From: Hyalangium minutum
GTDB lineage: Bacteria > Myxococcota > Myxococcia > Myxococcales > Myxococcaceae
Length of the DNA stretch: 64,000 nucleotides
Reading direction: 5' to 3'
NCBI RefSeq assembly: GCF_000737315.1
Contig: NZ_JMCB01000014.1
Coordinates: 296,985 to 360,984, forward strand
Part shown: positions 37,710 through 51,937 of the stretch, piece by piece
Layout of the letters: the number at the start of each line of letters is the position of its first letter
Numbering within the stretch: position 1 is the stretch's first letter
Notes under the pieces: generated by a model
What the model saw: the letters and a program-made list of their open reading frames with translations, nothing else
What the model was told of the DNA's origin: nothing
Database searches by the model: none
Translations under genes and position numbers: made by a program

Positions 37710-39142
37710 GCATGCTCGCTTTGGGCACGGAGACAGCATGGGAGGGACCGGAACCCGCGGAGCTTGCCGAAGCGCGCGCCTACTCCCCCGAGGCCTCGGC
37801 CCAGGAGCTAGCTGCCTTCGTGTTCCGGCAGCGGAACTGCCGCCAGAGCCTGGCGGCGATGGAGTCCTTCTATCGCGCGCACCCGTGCCGCATGTCGCGC
37901 GTGCACCTGCTGGCTGCCAGCGCGGTGACACTGGGACGATTCTGGGGAGTCTCCTCCCCCTTCGCCCAGCTGGGAGCGGCAGTCATGCCGGTGGATACCT
38001 CGGGCCAGCCGCGGACCCAGGCTTGGGCGGCCTATGCGCGCGCGTGCGCGGAGGGACTCCCCTGGGAGGTGCGCGACGAGTGTTGGATCGACGCCCACAT
38101 GCGTGACGTGGCTGGGGCCCGGGAGGCGGGGCTCGAGGCCGCCTTCCTCACCGAGGCACGGGCGCACGCGGAGGAGCCCCTGTGGCGGCTGCTCGTGCAG
38201 CACCTGGAGATGACGTTGGGAGCGCGCCTGTTCGATCAGCCAGCACTTGCCGGGGCGGTGCCAGGAGAGACCGCCATCGCCCACGGCATGGCTCTCGCGC
38301 TCGGGAGGTTGCTGCGTGCGGGCTGGAGCCTGCTGCGCCATTACGCGTGGGCCACAGCGCGGGGCCTGCTCAGCCCTCGGGGAGCGCGGCACGCGGGGTT
38401 GCTCGGCGATCGGCAGGTGGCGTGGGTGCTGCTCTCCAGCTTCCTCACCGCATGGACGGCCGCACGGGTCTACCGGCGGGGAGTACGCATGCTGCATCGC
38501 GGCCAGCAGGTAGCTTGCACCGATGGCTGGCCGCTCCTGGCTGCAACCCTGAGAGCGGACGTAAGCCAAGTGGACCCACGAGTCGTCCGCTTCTACTCCA
38601 ACCCTGGGGCCTACGCGGTGCGAGCATCGGTAGATCTGCGGGGATGGGGCGCACGCCTCCTCGCCTGGATCGCCATCCGGCTCCTCGGCCAAGGAGTGTT
38701 CGACTGTGGTGCAAGGACATTCCCTGCGCGCTTCCGCACCTTCCGTCGTGCCGATGGCTCCATGCACTTCATCCGAGAGCTGTACTGCGACGGGCTGCTG
38801 AGGGTGTTCGACTCGGACTTCGTTGTGAGGAACGGCACCCTCTACGAGGTCTTCATCGAACAGGGTCTGGAGGTGGAGTTGGAGGTGCGTGCACTCGAGA
38901 GAGGCGGCGTATCGATTCGTGGTCGGCGCGTGCGCTGGCGGGGGTTGCCACTGCCTACCTTTGGGCTGGGAGTCGAGTTCCGCGCATTCCCAGATGGGAA
39001 CGGAGCGGAGTGCGTCAGCATCACCGGGCTGCTGCTGCGGGAGGCGCGCGCGGGCGCACAGACACCACCCCAGGTACTGGGGATTCTTCGCTATCAGGCC
39101 TCGCATGAGTCCAAGGATAGGATTTGTGTTGACAAAACGTAG
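37706..39142 (+). CDS. Hypothetical protein with DUF4166/YndH-like C-terminal region
   Basis: ATGA overlap with the previous gene; DPRVVRFY, HFIREL..., RVFDS. Confidence 0.5.
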   Translation: MSMLALGTETAWEGPEPAELAEARAYSPEASAQELAAFVFRQRNCRQSLAAMESFYRAHPCRMSRVHLLAASAVTLGRFWGVSSPFAQLGAAVMPVDTSGQPRTQAWAAYARACAEGLPWEVRDECWIDAHMRDVAGAREAGLEAAFLTEARAHAEEPLWRLLVQHLEMTLGARLFDQPALAGAVPGETAIAHGMALALGRLLRAGWSLLRHYAWATARGLLSPRGARHAGLLGDRQVAWVLLSSFLTAWTAARVYRRGVRMLHRGQQVACTDGWPLLAATLRADVSQVDPRVVRFYSNPGAYAVRASVDLRGWGARLLAWIAIRLLGQGVFDCGARTFPARFRTFRRADGSMHFIRELYCDGLLRVFDSDFVVRNGTLYEVFIEQGLEVELEVRALERGGVSIRGRRVRWRGLPLPTFGLGVEFRAFPDGNGAECVSITGLLLREARAGAQTPPQVLGILRYQASHESKDRICVDKT

Positions 39143-39369
39143 GCGGATGGAGTACACGTCTACACATTCGCCGCTGATAAAGCTGCGAACAGCGCGCAGA
39201 GTTCGCCCACCTTGGGGGTCGCGCTTTACAAAACTACCCTCTAAGCAGTGGAAGGTGGGCCGTCTCGCACGCAGGTGCGGAACGGCCTTCGTGCTTCTAC
39301 GGCCGATGAGTGGGCGTTGCAGTCCCGTCGGAGCTGTAACCGTTCAACCGCCGAGCCTTTAGCCCTTCA

Positions 39370-40056
39370 GTGGGCAGGGAGAAGCACATGTGCAGCCACA
39401 CCGGTAGTTCCTCGCAGCTCACGCCGTTGCAGCCGTTATCCAACTCCCAGCAGGGTTCCTTGCCCATAGACAAGCAGTGGGATTTCGAGCTGCAAGTCGC
39501 AGTCGCTAGACGCGGTGGTTCTGGGGAGCGACAGTGCTGGAAAAAACTCTATGAGGATGCGTACAAGTACGCGAAAAGTGGGCATTGGAGTCTGGCTGCT
39601 GCCAACTTCCAAGCGGCCTGCAACGCTCTGACGGTGGGTACAGAGGCGGATGCCGGTAGCAACGAACCGCCTCATCCATACATGATCATGCCCGTCCTCG
39701 GGCTCGCATACATTGTTGACAAGGTCAACGGCGGACATAACCCCTTGGAAGTACACCGCCGTCTGGTCCTCCTCTGTTTCCGCCTCATGCCTCTCTTCGC
39801 AGCTTGGGAGGAACTCGATGCCAAGCAGCATCGGCGTGATTTGCAACAGATTGCGCGTGAGATTGCTGAGACGAAAGAGCGTCTGGAACTGGCGCAACAG
39901 AGTCTTGAGCCCAATCAGCGCTTCGGGCCTGACACCGAAACCTCGAAGAAGCACGTCCGTGAGATTGCAGAGAAGTTGTTGAATCGCTTGGACGAGGCGA
40001 GAAAACAAGATGTTCCGCTCTCAAGCCTACAGACTGACCCGCGCATGAACGAGTAG
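39370..40056 (+). CDS. Hypothetical helical protein in a lower-GC segment (start uncertain)
   Basis: 228-aa ORF with atypical codon usage; upstream TTGACA at about 39129; downstream hairpin. Confidence 0.5.
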   Translation: MGREKHMCSHTGSSSQLTPLQPLSNSQQGSLPIDKQWDFELQVAVARRGGSGERQCWKKLYEDAYKYAKSGHWSLAAANFQAACNALTVGTEADAGSNEPPHPYMIMPVLGLAYIVDKVNGGHNPLEVHRRLVLLCFRLMPLFAAWEELDAKQHRRDLQQIAREIAETKERLELAQQSLEPNQRFGPDTETSKKHVREIAEKLLNRLDEARKQDVPLSSLQTDPRMNE

Positions 40057-40175
40057 CGCCCCTCCGGGGCGAAGTGAGCCGGGCTGATGAGCGCCCGGCT
40101 CCGTCTCTCCGCCACAGCTTTAAGACCAGCGAGCGGCCTCAACTCACCTCATGGCGCAAGACAGACAGGGAGGAC

Positions 40176-40667
40176 TCACCGGAAGGCGTCCACGACGTAG
40201 GCCGCCGCAGTAGAGCCATCGAGGATCGCCATCCCGGGCTTGGACTCGGGGAGTTTGCGCATCTGGTCGTAGCTGAGCCGGGCTACCGCGCAGATAGGGA
40301 TTTTCTCACTGTCCGGCGGATGCGCCTCATACCACCGGACAACCACCTGCGTGCCGGCCGTCCAAACCTGCCCGTACAAGCGAGTCGTTGCTTCAAGCGT
40401 GCCGAGTTCGTCCTTGAGCATGCTCTCAATCGGCCCGTCGTACAGGGTAATGCGCCGCGCGCTGATCTGGTTGGCGTCGAGTTCCACCCAAGCAGCATCC
40501 CCAACGTGCATTCTCAGGTAGCGCATCGCCTTCTTGGCTTCCTCCGGGCATTCCTGCGGCCCCGGCGTGCCGTCGGGTCGCAGCGACAATCCCCCGGCTG
40601 TGGTGCAGCTGAAAGACGTGGCGACAAAGATTCCCGAGCAGAACACAAGGGCTTTGAGGGCGGACAT
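40176..40667 (-). CDS. Myxobacterial putative lipoprotein resembling the extracellular C-terminal domain of DUF2381-linked Ser/Thr kinases
   Basis: SFSC lipobox-like; PGPQECPEEA..AM..L, VVVRW, PICAVA. Confidence 0.65.
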   Translation of the reverse strand: MSALKALVFCSGIFVATSFSCTTAGGLSLRPDGTPGPQECPEEAKKAMRYLRMHVGDAAWVELDANQISARRITLYDGPIESMLKDELGTLEATTRLYGQVWTAGTQVVVRWYEAHPPDSEKIPICAVARLSYDQMRKLPESKPGMAILDGSTAAAYVVDAFR

Positions 40668-40678
40668 GCGGGGCGGTT

Positions 40679-41623
40679 CTACTGACGAATAAGCGAGGCT
40701 TCCAGTACCGCAGCCACCTGGAGGAGACCATCTCCACGGAAGATCTGAAGGGCAAGATCGGTCATGCCGCCGTCCTTCGTCTCGAACGCGCTCTTGTCCA
40801 CGACTACCGCGATCTTCCCAGTCTGCCCAGGAGCAATGGTGGACCGATCCAAGCGGAGCGCAAAGGGCCGTGCCGTAAAGCTGGTGTAGTCACGGGTCAC
40901 AAAGGCACCATCGAAGCTCCACGGTTCGCCGGAGTCGCCGTAGTAGGTGTTCGAGAGGTGAACCAAGACCGCTGCCTTTCCAGGCCCTGAGAAGAGCTCG
41001 ACCGCGATGTCCATGTCCTCGTTTTTCGAGCGCCAAAATTTCTCTCGGCGGAACGGCGTCTTCTTCTGCTGACCGTTGGCAAGCAGCGTCGCATAGGCGT
41101 GATCAATGGAGCTCTCTTCCTCCCTGAGCCGCTGGTTCTCCTCTCGAAGCTTGCGCTCCTTTTTCAGGGAGTCATAGAGGGCCGACACCACCGCGTTGTA
41201 GCTGTCGGGATCCTTGAACACGTTGACCTGATGGTCCGTCCATCCCCACTTCTCGAAACTCCGCGGCTTCACGATGAACGGAATCTCGGTCCCGTCCACG
41301 AGCGTGACGAGCAAGGGAACCATCTCATCGCGGTAGAGTTCCCGGAGCGGCTCGATGACCACCTTCTTGCTCCCTACGAGCAGCGGCTCGAACCGCCCCT
41401 CCCAAGCCAACAGCTTCGTCTTCAATGGATCAACGTCCTGCTCGAAGCGGAGGACGGTGGCCACCTGACCAGAGACGTAGACAGTGCTCGTTGAGTTCTC
41501 TGGGTGCTCCGAGATCTTCTCGGTTCGGATGACTCCCTTGTCGTAGGGGTCCCGGGCCATTGCCACGCAGGGCACGAGCATCACAAGCAGGACACACCGG
41601 CAGGGTAGCAAGTCGCGCATCAC
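40679..41623 (-). CDS. DUF2381 family protein
   Basis: VYVSGQVATVLRF, LLVTL.DGTE.PF, VNVF, I.PG..G.IAVV.D. Confidence 0.8.
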   Translation of the reverse strand: MMRDLLPCRCVLLVMLVPCVAMARDPYDKGVIRTEKISEHPENSTSTVYVSGQVATVLRFEQDVDPLKTKLLAWEGRFEPLLVGSKKVVIEPLRELYRDEMVPLLVTLVDGTEIPFIVKPRSFEKWGWTDHQVNVFKDPDSYNAVVSALYDSLKKERKLREENQRLREEESSIDHAYATLLANGQQKKTPFRREKFWRSKNEDMDIAVELFSGPGKAAVLVHLSNTYYGDSGEPWSFDGAFVTRDYTSFTARPFALRLDRSTIAPGQTGKIAVVVDKSAFETKDGGMTDLALQIFRGDGLLQVAAVLEASLIRQ

Positions 41624-41776
41624 GCACCCAACGTACTAGGATGGGTGAACGGCACACAACCTCCACCATCGCAGGCGCTGCATGGGACACTTCTGACGCC
41701 GGAGGGTTGGTCGGAATCGAGGGTCCGGGCCGGTCAGTAGGATGGTTCCCTGCGCGCCCTCTGCCGAGGAATCACC

Positions 41777-41919
41777 GGTCGTCAGGGCTCACTGGTGAGC
41801 CTTGGCCGCCGAGGGCTTCTCCCGGGCGTTCGGTCGTCAGGGCTCACTGGTGAGCCTTGGCCGCCGGGAGCTTCTCTAGGGCGTCTGGTCGTCAGGGCTC
41901 ACCGGTGAGCCTTGGCCGC
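41777..41919. repeat. Three 55-bp-period repeats with a 33-bp palindromic core
   Basis: GGTCGTCAGGGCTCAC(T/C)GGTGAGCCTTGGCCGC at 41777, 41832 and 41887. Confidence 0.9.
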
Positions 41920-42038
41920 TCGCTCTACCCTGTCGTGTGTGGATTCTGCTCACCCGTGGCAGCTCAGGAGTTGACCAGGCCCTCCTCACTCCTCGTTTTC
42001 GGACGGTCCCCTCTCTTGATTAGGGTAGCCCCACCCCC

Positions 42039-42407
42039 ATGAGTGCCTCCAAGCGCCGCCGCGTCCTGGACATCATCGCCACGGACAACACCTTCGAGCG
42101 CACCGACTTCCGGGGCCGCGAGGTCTGGCTCGGAAAGTGCCTACACTGCAACGCCCACCTCATGGTGGACCTGAACGGCGACCCCATCAGCCGGGCCACC
42201 ATCGAGCACATCATCCCCCGCACCCATGGGGGAACCGATGCCCTGGAGAACCTCGGGCTGGCCTGTGCTCGGTGCAACCAGGGCAAGGGCTCCCGGCATG
42301 ACCCCCGCTATAATAAGGATGCGCGCGCCCAGGAGCTGGTCGCCCGCCTCCAAGCCCGCCGCCGTGAGCGTTGGCGGATCCCCGAGGCCCCGGACTCCGA
42401 GGACTGA
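42039..42407 (+). CDS. HNH endonuclease (McrA-like, Zn-binding)
   Basis: CLHC...TIEHIIP...GG.D..NL.LAC.RCN..KG. Confidence 0.92.
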   Translation: MSASKRRRVLDIIATDNTFERTDFRGREVWLGKCLHCNAHLMVDLNGDPISRATIEHIIPRTHGGTDALENLGLACARCNQGKGSRHDPRYNKDARAQELVARLQARRRERWRIPEAPDSED

Positions 42408-42880
42408 GGGCCGCTCTCTCATGGGCCGCATCACCCCGGCTGCTGCCCTCTGTTCCTTTGGACATGGCGCGGGCCCTGATCCGGCGCCGGTTCACCGCCA
42501 CTTGGGACTCGTAGAAGAGAACGTCATCGCCAGGGCCCCCACGGCCGCGCCCTGCTAACCGCGCTGTGGTATTTGCGCAACTGCACGGGTGGGGCGCGCA
42601 ACGAAAGAAGGTTGACAGTCAGGAGTTGATGGTCGATGGTCGCGCGCCGCGTTGGGACGGGAGCAGGAGGAGGGACCCGCCCGCGGCATCTCTCTTAGGG
42701 ATTCGGGTCGTCGACTTTGATCGTGATTGCCATGCCTTGCGTGCGCTCCAAGCGTCGCCGTGACAGCTCCGATGCGGTGCGGCCCCCTCTTTTCCTGACC
42801 TCCGACGTCCTCCGCCCCAACGGAACGCTTTCCTCCTTGTCGCATTCCCCTGCTGTCCCCTGCTTGCCCCTGGTCCTGGT

Positions 42881-43539
42881 ATGAGCGGCCCACTCTTTCC
42901 TCGCTGGACGAACACGGTCTCGCGGTTCTCCGCCGCGGGTCTCCTCGCCGTGCCCGCAATCGCCATCGGTGGCCTGATGGCTTACGTACGCTCGCCGTAC
43001 GGCACGAACATGCAGCGCCCCTACGAGCAGCCGATCGAGTTCGACCACCGCCACCACGCCGGTGACGAGCAGATCGACTGTCGCTACTGTCACTGGTCGG
43101 TGGAGAAGTCGCCCTCGGCGGGCATCCCCTCCACCACCGTGTGCATGAGCTGCCACGCGCAGATCTGGAACAAGAGCCCGTACCTCACCGAGGTGCGCAA
43201 GGCCTTCTTCGCGGACCAGCCCATCCCCTGGGTGCGCGTCCACAACCTGCCGGACTTCGTCTACTTCAACCACGCCATCCACGTGAACAAGGGCGTCGGC
43301 TGCGTGAGCTGCCACGGCCGCGTGGACGAGATGGCGGCCATTGAGCAGAAGAAGCCCCTCACCATGGGCTGGTGCCTGGAGTGCCACCGCGATCCGAAGT
43401 CGCAGCTGCGGCCGCTCGAGTACATCACCAGCATGACCTGGACCCCGCCTGCTGACCCCAAAGAGGCTGCCGCCCTCGGGGAGAAGCTGGCGCAGGACTA
43501 CGACGTTCACTCGCGGACGAGCTGCTCCACATGCCACCG

Positions 43540-43543
<4 letters not shown>
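42881..43543 (+). CDS. actA: Alternative complex III pentaheme cytochrome c
   Basis: Five CxxCH motifs; N-terminal TM. Confidence 0.92.
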
Positions 43544-46818
<3,275 letters not shown>

Positions 46819-46820
46819 CC

Positions 46821-48269
<1,449 letters not shown>

Positions 48270-48272
48270 GTC

Positions 48273-48818
48273 ATGGACGCCCCTGTCCTCGATAGCTGGG
48301 TGCTGGCGGAGTTCGCCACGCCCGACGATCTGGTGAAGGCCACCAACGAGATGCGCCTGAAGGGTTTTCAGGGCATGGACACCTACTCCCCGTACCCGCT
48401 GCACGGCGGGTCCGAGGCGCTGGGCCTGCCCCCCTCGCGAGTGCCGTTCATCGCCCTGGGCGGCACCATCACCGGTGCCTTCACGGCGCTGGCCATGCAG
48501 ACGTACATGAACACCATCGACTACCCGCTCAACGTGGGTGGCCGCCCGCTGCTGAGCCTGCCGGCGTGGATTCCCATCACGTTCGAGCTGGCGGTGCTCC
48601 TCACGGCCTTTGGCGTGTTCTTTGGCGTGCTGGGCCTGAGCCGGCTGCCGCAGCCGTACCACCCGGTCTTCGAGCACGAGGCGTTCCGCTCGGCCTCCAC
48701 GCACGGCTACTGGCTGAGCGTGCCGAAGCTGGCGGGCGTCAATGTGGATGACGTGCAGACCCAGCTCCAGTCCCTGGGTGCCACCCAGGTGACGGTCGTT
48801 TCGGGAGAGAAGGAATGA
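48273..48818 (+). CDS. actD: ACIII ActD (DUF3341)
   Basis: YSPYPLHG, LNVGGRP, PITFEL. Confidence 0.92.
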   Translation: MDAPVLDSWVLAEFATPDDLVKATNEMRLKGFQGMDTYSPYPLHGGSEALGLPPSRVPFIALGGTITGAFTALAMQTYMNTIDYPLNVGGRPLLSLPAWIPITFELAVLLTAFGVFFGVLGLSRLPQPYHPVFEHEAFRSASTHGYWLSVPKLAGVNVDDVQTQLQSLGATQVTVVSGEKE

Positions 48819-49378
48819 GGAAGCTCATCCCCGCCGTCGGGCTCCTGGCCCTGACTGGCTGTGAAATCCCGTCCGAGTTCCTGCAGCGGATGGAAGTGCA
48901 GTCCAAGTACGAGTACTACGAGACGTCCGAGTTCTGGGCGGACGGCCGCGCCATGCGCACCCCGCCCGAGGGCACCATTCCTCGCGAGGCGAAGGTGGGC
49001 AACCCGGGAATGACTTCGGGCCGCGTCAACGGCGCGCTGGTGGCCACCATCCCGGTGCAGGTGGACAAGGCCCTGCTGCAGCTGGGCCAGAAGAAGTACT
49101 CCATCGTCTGCGCGCAGTGCCACGGCACGCTCGGCGACGGCAACAGCATCGTCGCGGAGAACATGGGCCTGCGCCTGCCGCCGAGCCTGCTCGAGCTGTC
49201 GGACCGGCCTGCCGGCCACTTCTACACCGCCATCAACGAGGGCTATGGCGTGATGCCCTCGTTCAGCGGCGAGCTGGACACCCAGGAGCGCTGGGCCGTG
49301 GTGGCCTACGTGCGCGCGCTCCAGGCCGCCCGCGGTACCCGCGCGGGTGGTGAGAACCTTCCTCAGGAGAACCGATGA
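48815..49378 (+). CDS. actE: ACIII monoheme cytochrome c lipoprotein
   Basis: Lipobox LTGC, CAQCH, ERWAVVAYVRALQ. Confidence 0.9.
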   Translation: MRKLIPAVGLLALTGCEIPSEFLQRMEVQSKYEYYETSEFWADGRAMRTPPEGTIPREAKVGNPGMTSGRVNGALVATIPVQVDKALLQLGQKKYSIVCAQCHGTLGDGNSIVAENMGLRLPPSLLELSDRPAGHFYTAINEGYGVMPSFSGELDTQERWAVVAYVRALQAARGTRAGGENLPQENR

Positions 49379-50577
49379 TTGCCGAAGTGCAGCGTTACAG
49401 CGGAACGCCCAGGCTGATGGTGCCGGCCTTCGGCCTCGGCGCTCTCGGGCTCGCGGCCACCGCCGCGGGGGCCTTCGTGGACCCGCGCGCCACCGCGCAC
49501 AGCTACCTCATCGCCTTTGCCTACTGGGTGGGCATCGCCGTGGCCTCGCTCATCATGGTGGCCATCTTCCACACGGCCAAGGCCAAGTGGATGACGGTGC
49601 TGCGCCGGGCCATGGAGAGCATGGCTGTCTCCATCCCCATCTTCGTGGTGCTCTTCATCGGCGTGGCCCTGGGCCTCAAGCACCTGTACCCCTGGGTGCC
49701 GGGCTCGGAGCTGGCCAAGGAGTTCACCGAGGTGGAGCTGGGCCACCTGGGCCACAAGCAGCACGGCTACCTGAACACCCCCTTCTTCTTCATCCGCCAG
49801 GCCATCTACTTCGGCGTGTGGATCTTCGTCAGCCAGCGGCTGCACAGCTGGAGCACCCAGCAGGACGAGGGCGGCCAGCTGGAGCTCACCGTCAAGCAGC
49901 GCTTCCTGTCCCCGGGCTCCCTGCCCTTCCTTGCGCTCACCATTACTTTTGCTGCGTTCGACTGGATGATGAGCCTCACGCCGCTCTGGCAGTCGACGAT
50001 CTACGGCGTGTATTACTTCGCCGGCAGCTTCCTGGCGGCCTTCTGCGTGCTGACGCTCGCGACGATCAACGCCCAGGGTGACAAGAACCTGTACGGCAAC
50101 CTGGTGACCACGGCGCACTACCACAACCTGGGCAAGCTGATGCTGGCCTTCGTGTCCTTCTGGGCCTACATCGCCTTCTCCCAGTTCCTGCTCGTCTGGA
50201 TCGCCAACCTCCCCGAGGAGGCGCCCTGGTACCATGTGCGCATCTTCGGCGGCTGGCAGAACCTGTCCGTGGCGCTGTTCTTCCTCCAGTTCCTGTTCCC
50301 GTTCGCCGTGCTGCTGTCGCGCAACTTCAAGCTGAAGCAGCGCAACCTGGCCGTCATGGCCGTGTACCTGCTCACCATCCACCTGGTGGACCTGTACTGG
50401 CTGGTGTGGCCGGCCTACAACGACCACGGCCCGAGCTTCCACTGGACGCTCATCACCGCCTTCGTGGGCGTGGGTGGCACCTCCGTGGGGTTCGCCCTCT
50501 TCCGCGCCCGCGGCAAGTACACCGTCCCCGTGAAGGACCCGTACATCGCTGACTCGCTGAGGTACGTGCAGCCATGA
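49375..50577 (+). CDS. actF: ACIII membrane subunit ActF
   Basis: FAAFDWMMSL.P.W.STIYG, HNLGKL, WIANLPEE. Confidence 0.92.
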   Translation: MIAEVQRYSGTPRLMVPAFGLGALGLAATAAGAFVDPRATAHSYLIAFAYWVGIAVASLIMVAIFHTAKAKWMTVLRRAMESMAVSIPIFVVLFIGVALGLKHLYPWVPGSELAKEFTEVELGHLGHKQHGYLNTPFFFIRQAIYFGVWIFVSQRLHSWSTQQDEGGQLELTVKQRFLSPGSLPFLALTITFAAFDWMMSLTPLWQSTIYGVYYFAGSFLAAFCVLTLATINAQGDKNLYGNLVTTAHYHNLGKLMLAFVSFWAYIAFSQFLLVWIANLPEEAPWYHVRIFGGWQNLSVALFFLQFLFPFAVLLSRNFKLKQRNLAVMAVYLLTIHLVDLYWLVWPAYNDHGPSFHWTLITAFVGVGGTSVGFALFRARGKYTVPVKDPYIADSLRYVQP

Positions 50578-51044
50578 AGAAGACCCAGGTCGAGCAGGAG
50601 TCGCGCGTCATCGTCGGCGCGCACGGAGTGGCGGCCGAGGAGGACCACCTGGTCCTCGGCAAGGTCGTCCGCGTGGGCCTCATCTCGCTGTTCATCTTCG
50701 CGGTGGGCGCCGTGTGGGCCTGGCGGTTCCAGGTCTCCATCGAGCGCGAGCTGCAGCCGGACGGCCCTCCGCCCAAGCCGATGGCCATCGGCCAGTACGA
50801 GATTGGCATCGTCAACCAGCGCATGTTCGAGCAGGACTCGCACGCCGCGGAGAAGATCGCTTCTCAGCAGCAGGCGCTGAAGAACGGCTGGGGTGACAAG
50901 CCGGGCGTGGCCGCCCACCCGACGATCGAGCAGGCCATGGACCGCGTCATCGCGGACGCCCAGAAGCCGCCTCCGCCGCCCCCGGCTCCCGCGCCCCAGA
51001 CGGCGCCCGCTCCGGCTCCCACTTCTCCCACCCCTCACAAGTAG
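50574..51044 (+). CDS. Small membrane-anchored protein (ActG-like position)
   Basis: Single TM; PTIEQAM motif; translationally coupled in the operon. Confidence 0.65.
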   Translation: MKKTQVEQESRVIVGAHGVAAEEDHLVLGKVVRVGLISLFIFAVGAVWAWRFQVSIERELQPDGPPPKPMAIGQYEIGIVNQRMFEQDSHAAEKIASQQQALKNGWGDKPGVAAHPTIEQAMDRVIADAQKPPPPPPAPAPQTAPAPAPTSPTPHK

Positions 51045-51055
51045 GCTCGCTTCCG

Positions 51056-51937
51056 ATGTCGATGTACTCCCCCCACCTCTTCTTTGGCTCGCGCGCCGGC
51101 TGGCGCCTGGGGCTTGCCGTGGCGGCGCTCGTGCTGGGCGCCTCGCTGCCGGCGTCCGCCCTGCCCGGAGGAGGCAAGACGCCCCAGGCCATCGTGAACG
51201 CGGACCAGCCTCCGCAGGTCCAGGGCGTGGACGTGGAGGAGCACCTCGGGGAGCCTGTGCCCCTGGCGGCCCGCTTCACGGATGAGACGGGCCGCGAGGT
51301 GACACTCGGCCAGCTGTTGCCCAAGGACAAACCGTCCCTGGTGACACTGGTGTATTACGAGTGCCCCATGCTCTGTAACCTCGTCATCAATGGCCAGGTG
51401 GCCGCCATGCGCGAGGTGGGGCTGGAGCTGGGCAAGGACTACGAGGCCATCACGGTGAGCATTGACCCCAAGGACACTCCGGCCCAGAGCGAGGCGCGGC
51501 GCCGCCGCCACCTGCAGGCCATGGGCAAGCCGGAGAGCGCTCCCTGGCACTTCCTCACGGGCACCGAGGAGAACATCCGCCTGCTCACCGAGGCCGTGGG
51601 CTTCAAGTACAAGTACGACGAGAGCACCAAGCAGTACGCCCACCCCGCGGTGGTGCATGTCATTACCCCGGAAGGCAGCGTGTCCCGCTACCTGTACGGC
51701 ACGAGCTTCCCCGCCAAGGACATGAAGCTGGCCCTGGTGGAGGCCAGCAGCGGGCGGGTGGGGACGAGCTTCGACCGAGTGGTTCTGTCCTGTTTCAAGT
51801 ATGACGCCGCCATGCGGCGGTACAGCTTCTACGTGTTTGGGTTCATCCGGACGGGGGCGCTGATGGTGTTAACCGCGCTCTCGGGGATGCTGATCTATTT
51901 CTGGAGGCGCGAGCTGAAGAAAGGCGCTGCGGCATGA
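51056..51937 (+). CDS. SCO1/SenC copper chaperone
   Basis: YYECPMLC, YAHP. Confidence 0.92.
   Translation: MSMYSPHLFFGSRAGWRLGLAVAALVLGASLPASALPGGGKTPQAIVNADQPPQVQGVDVEEHLGEPVPLAARFTDETGREVTLGQLLPKDKPSLVTLVYYECPMLCNLVINGQVAAMREVGLELGKDYEAITVSIDPKDTPAQSEARRRRHLQAMGKPESAPWHFLTGTEENIRLLTEAVGFKYKYDESTKQYAHPAVVHVITPEGSVSRYLYGTSFPAKDMKLALVEASSGRVGTSFDRVVLSCFKYDAAMRRYSFYVFGFIRTGALMVLTALSGMLIYFWRRELKKGAAA

Noticed and set aside
40060-40110. Hammerhead ribozyme (CTGATGAG core)
   Set aside because: No GAAA with stems I and III in the required arrangement; better explained as a terminator hairpin
41777-41919. Bona fide CRISPR array
   Set aside because: Only three repeats; the 22-bp spacers are short and similar to each other; no cas genes or AT-rich leader. 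Kept as a repeat finding instead.
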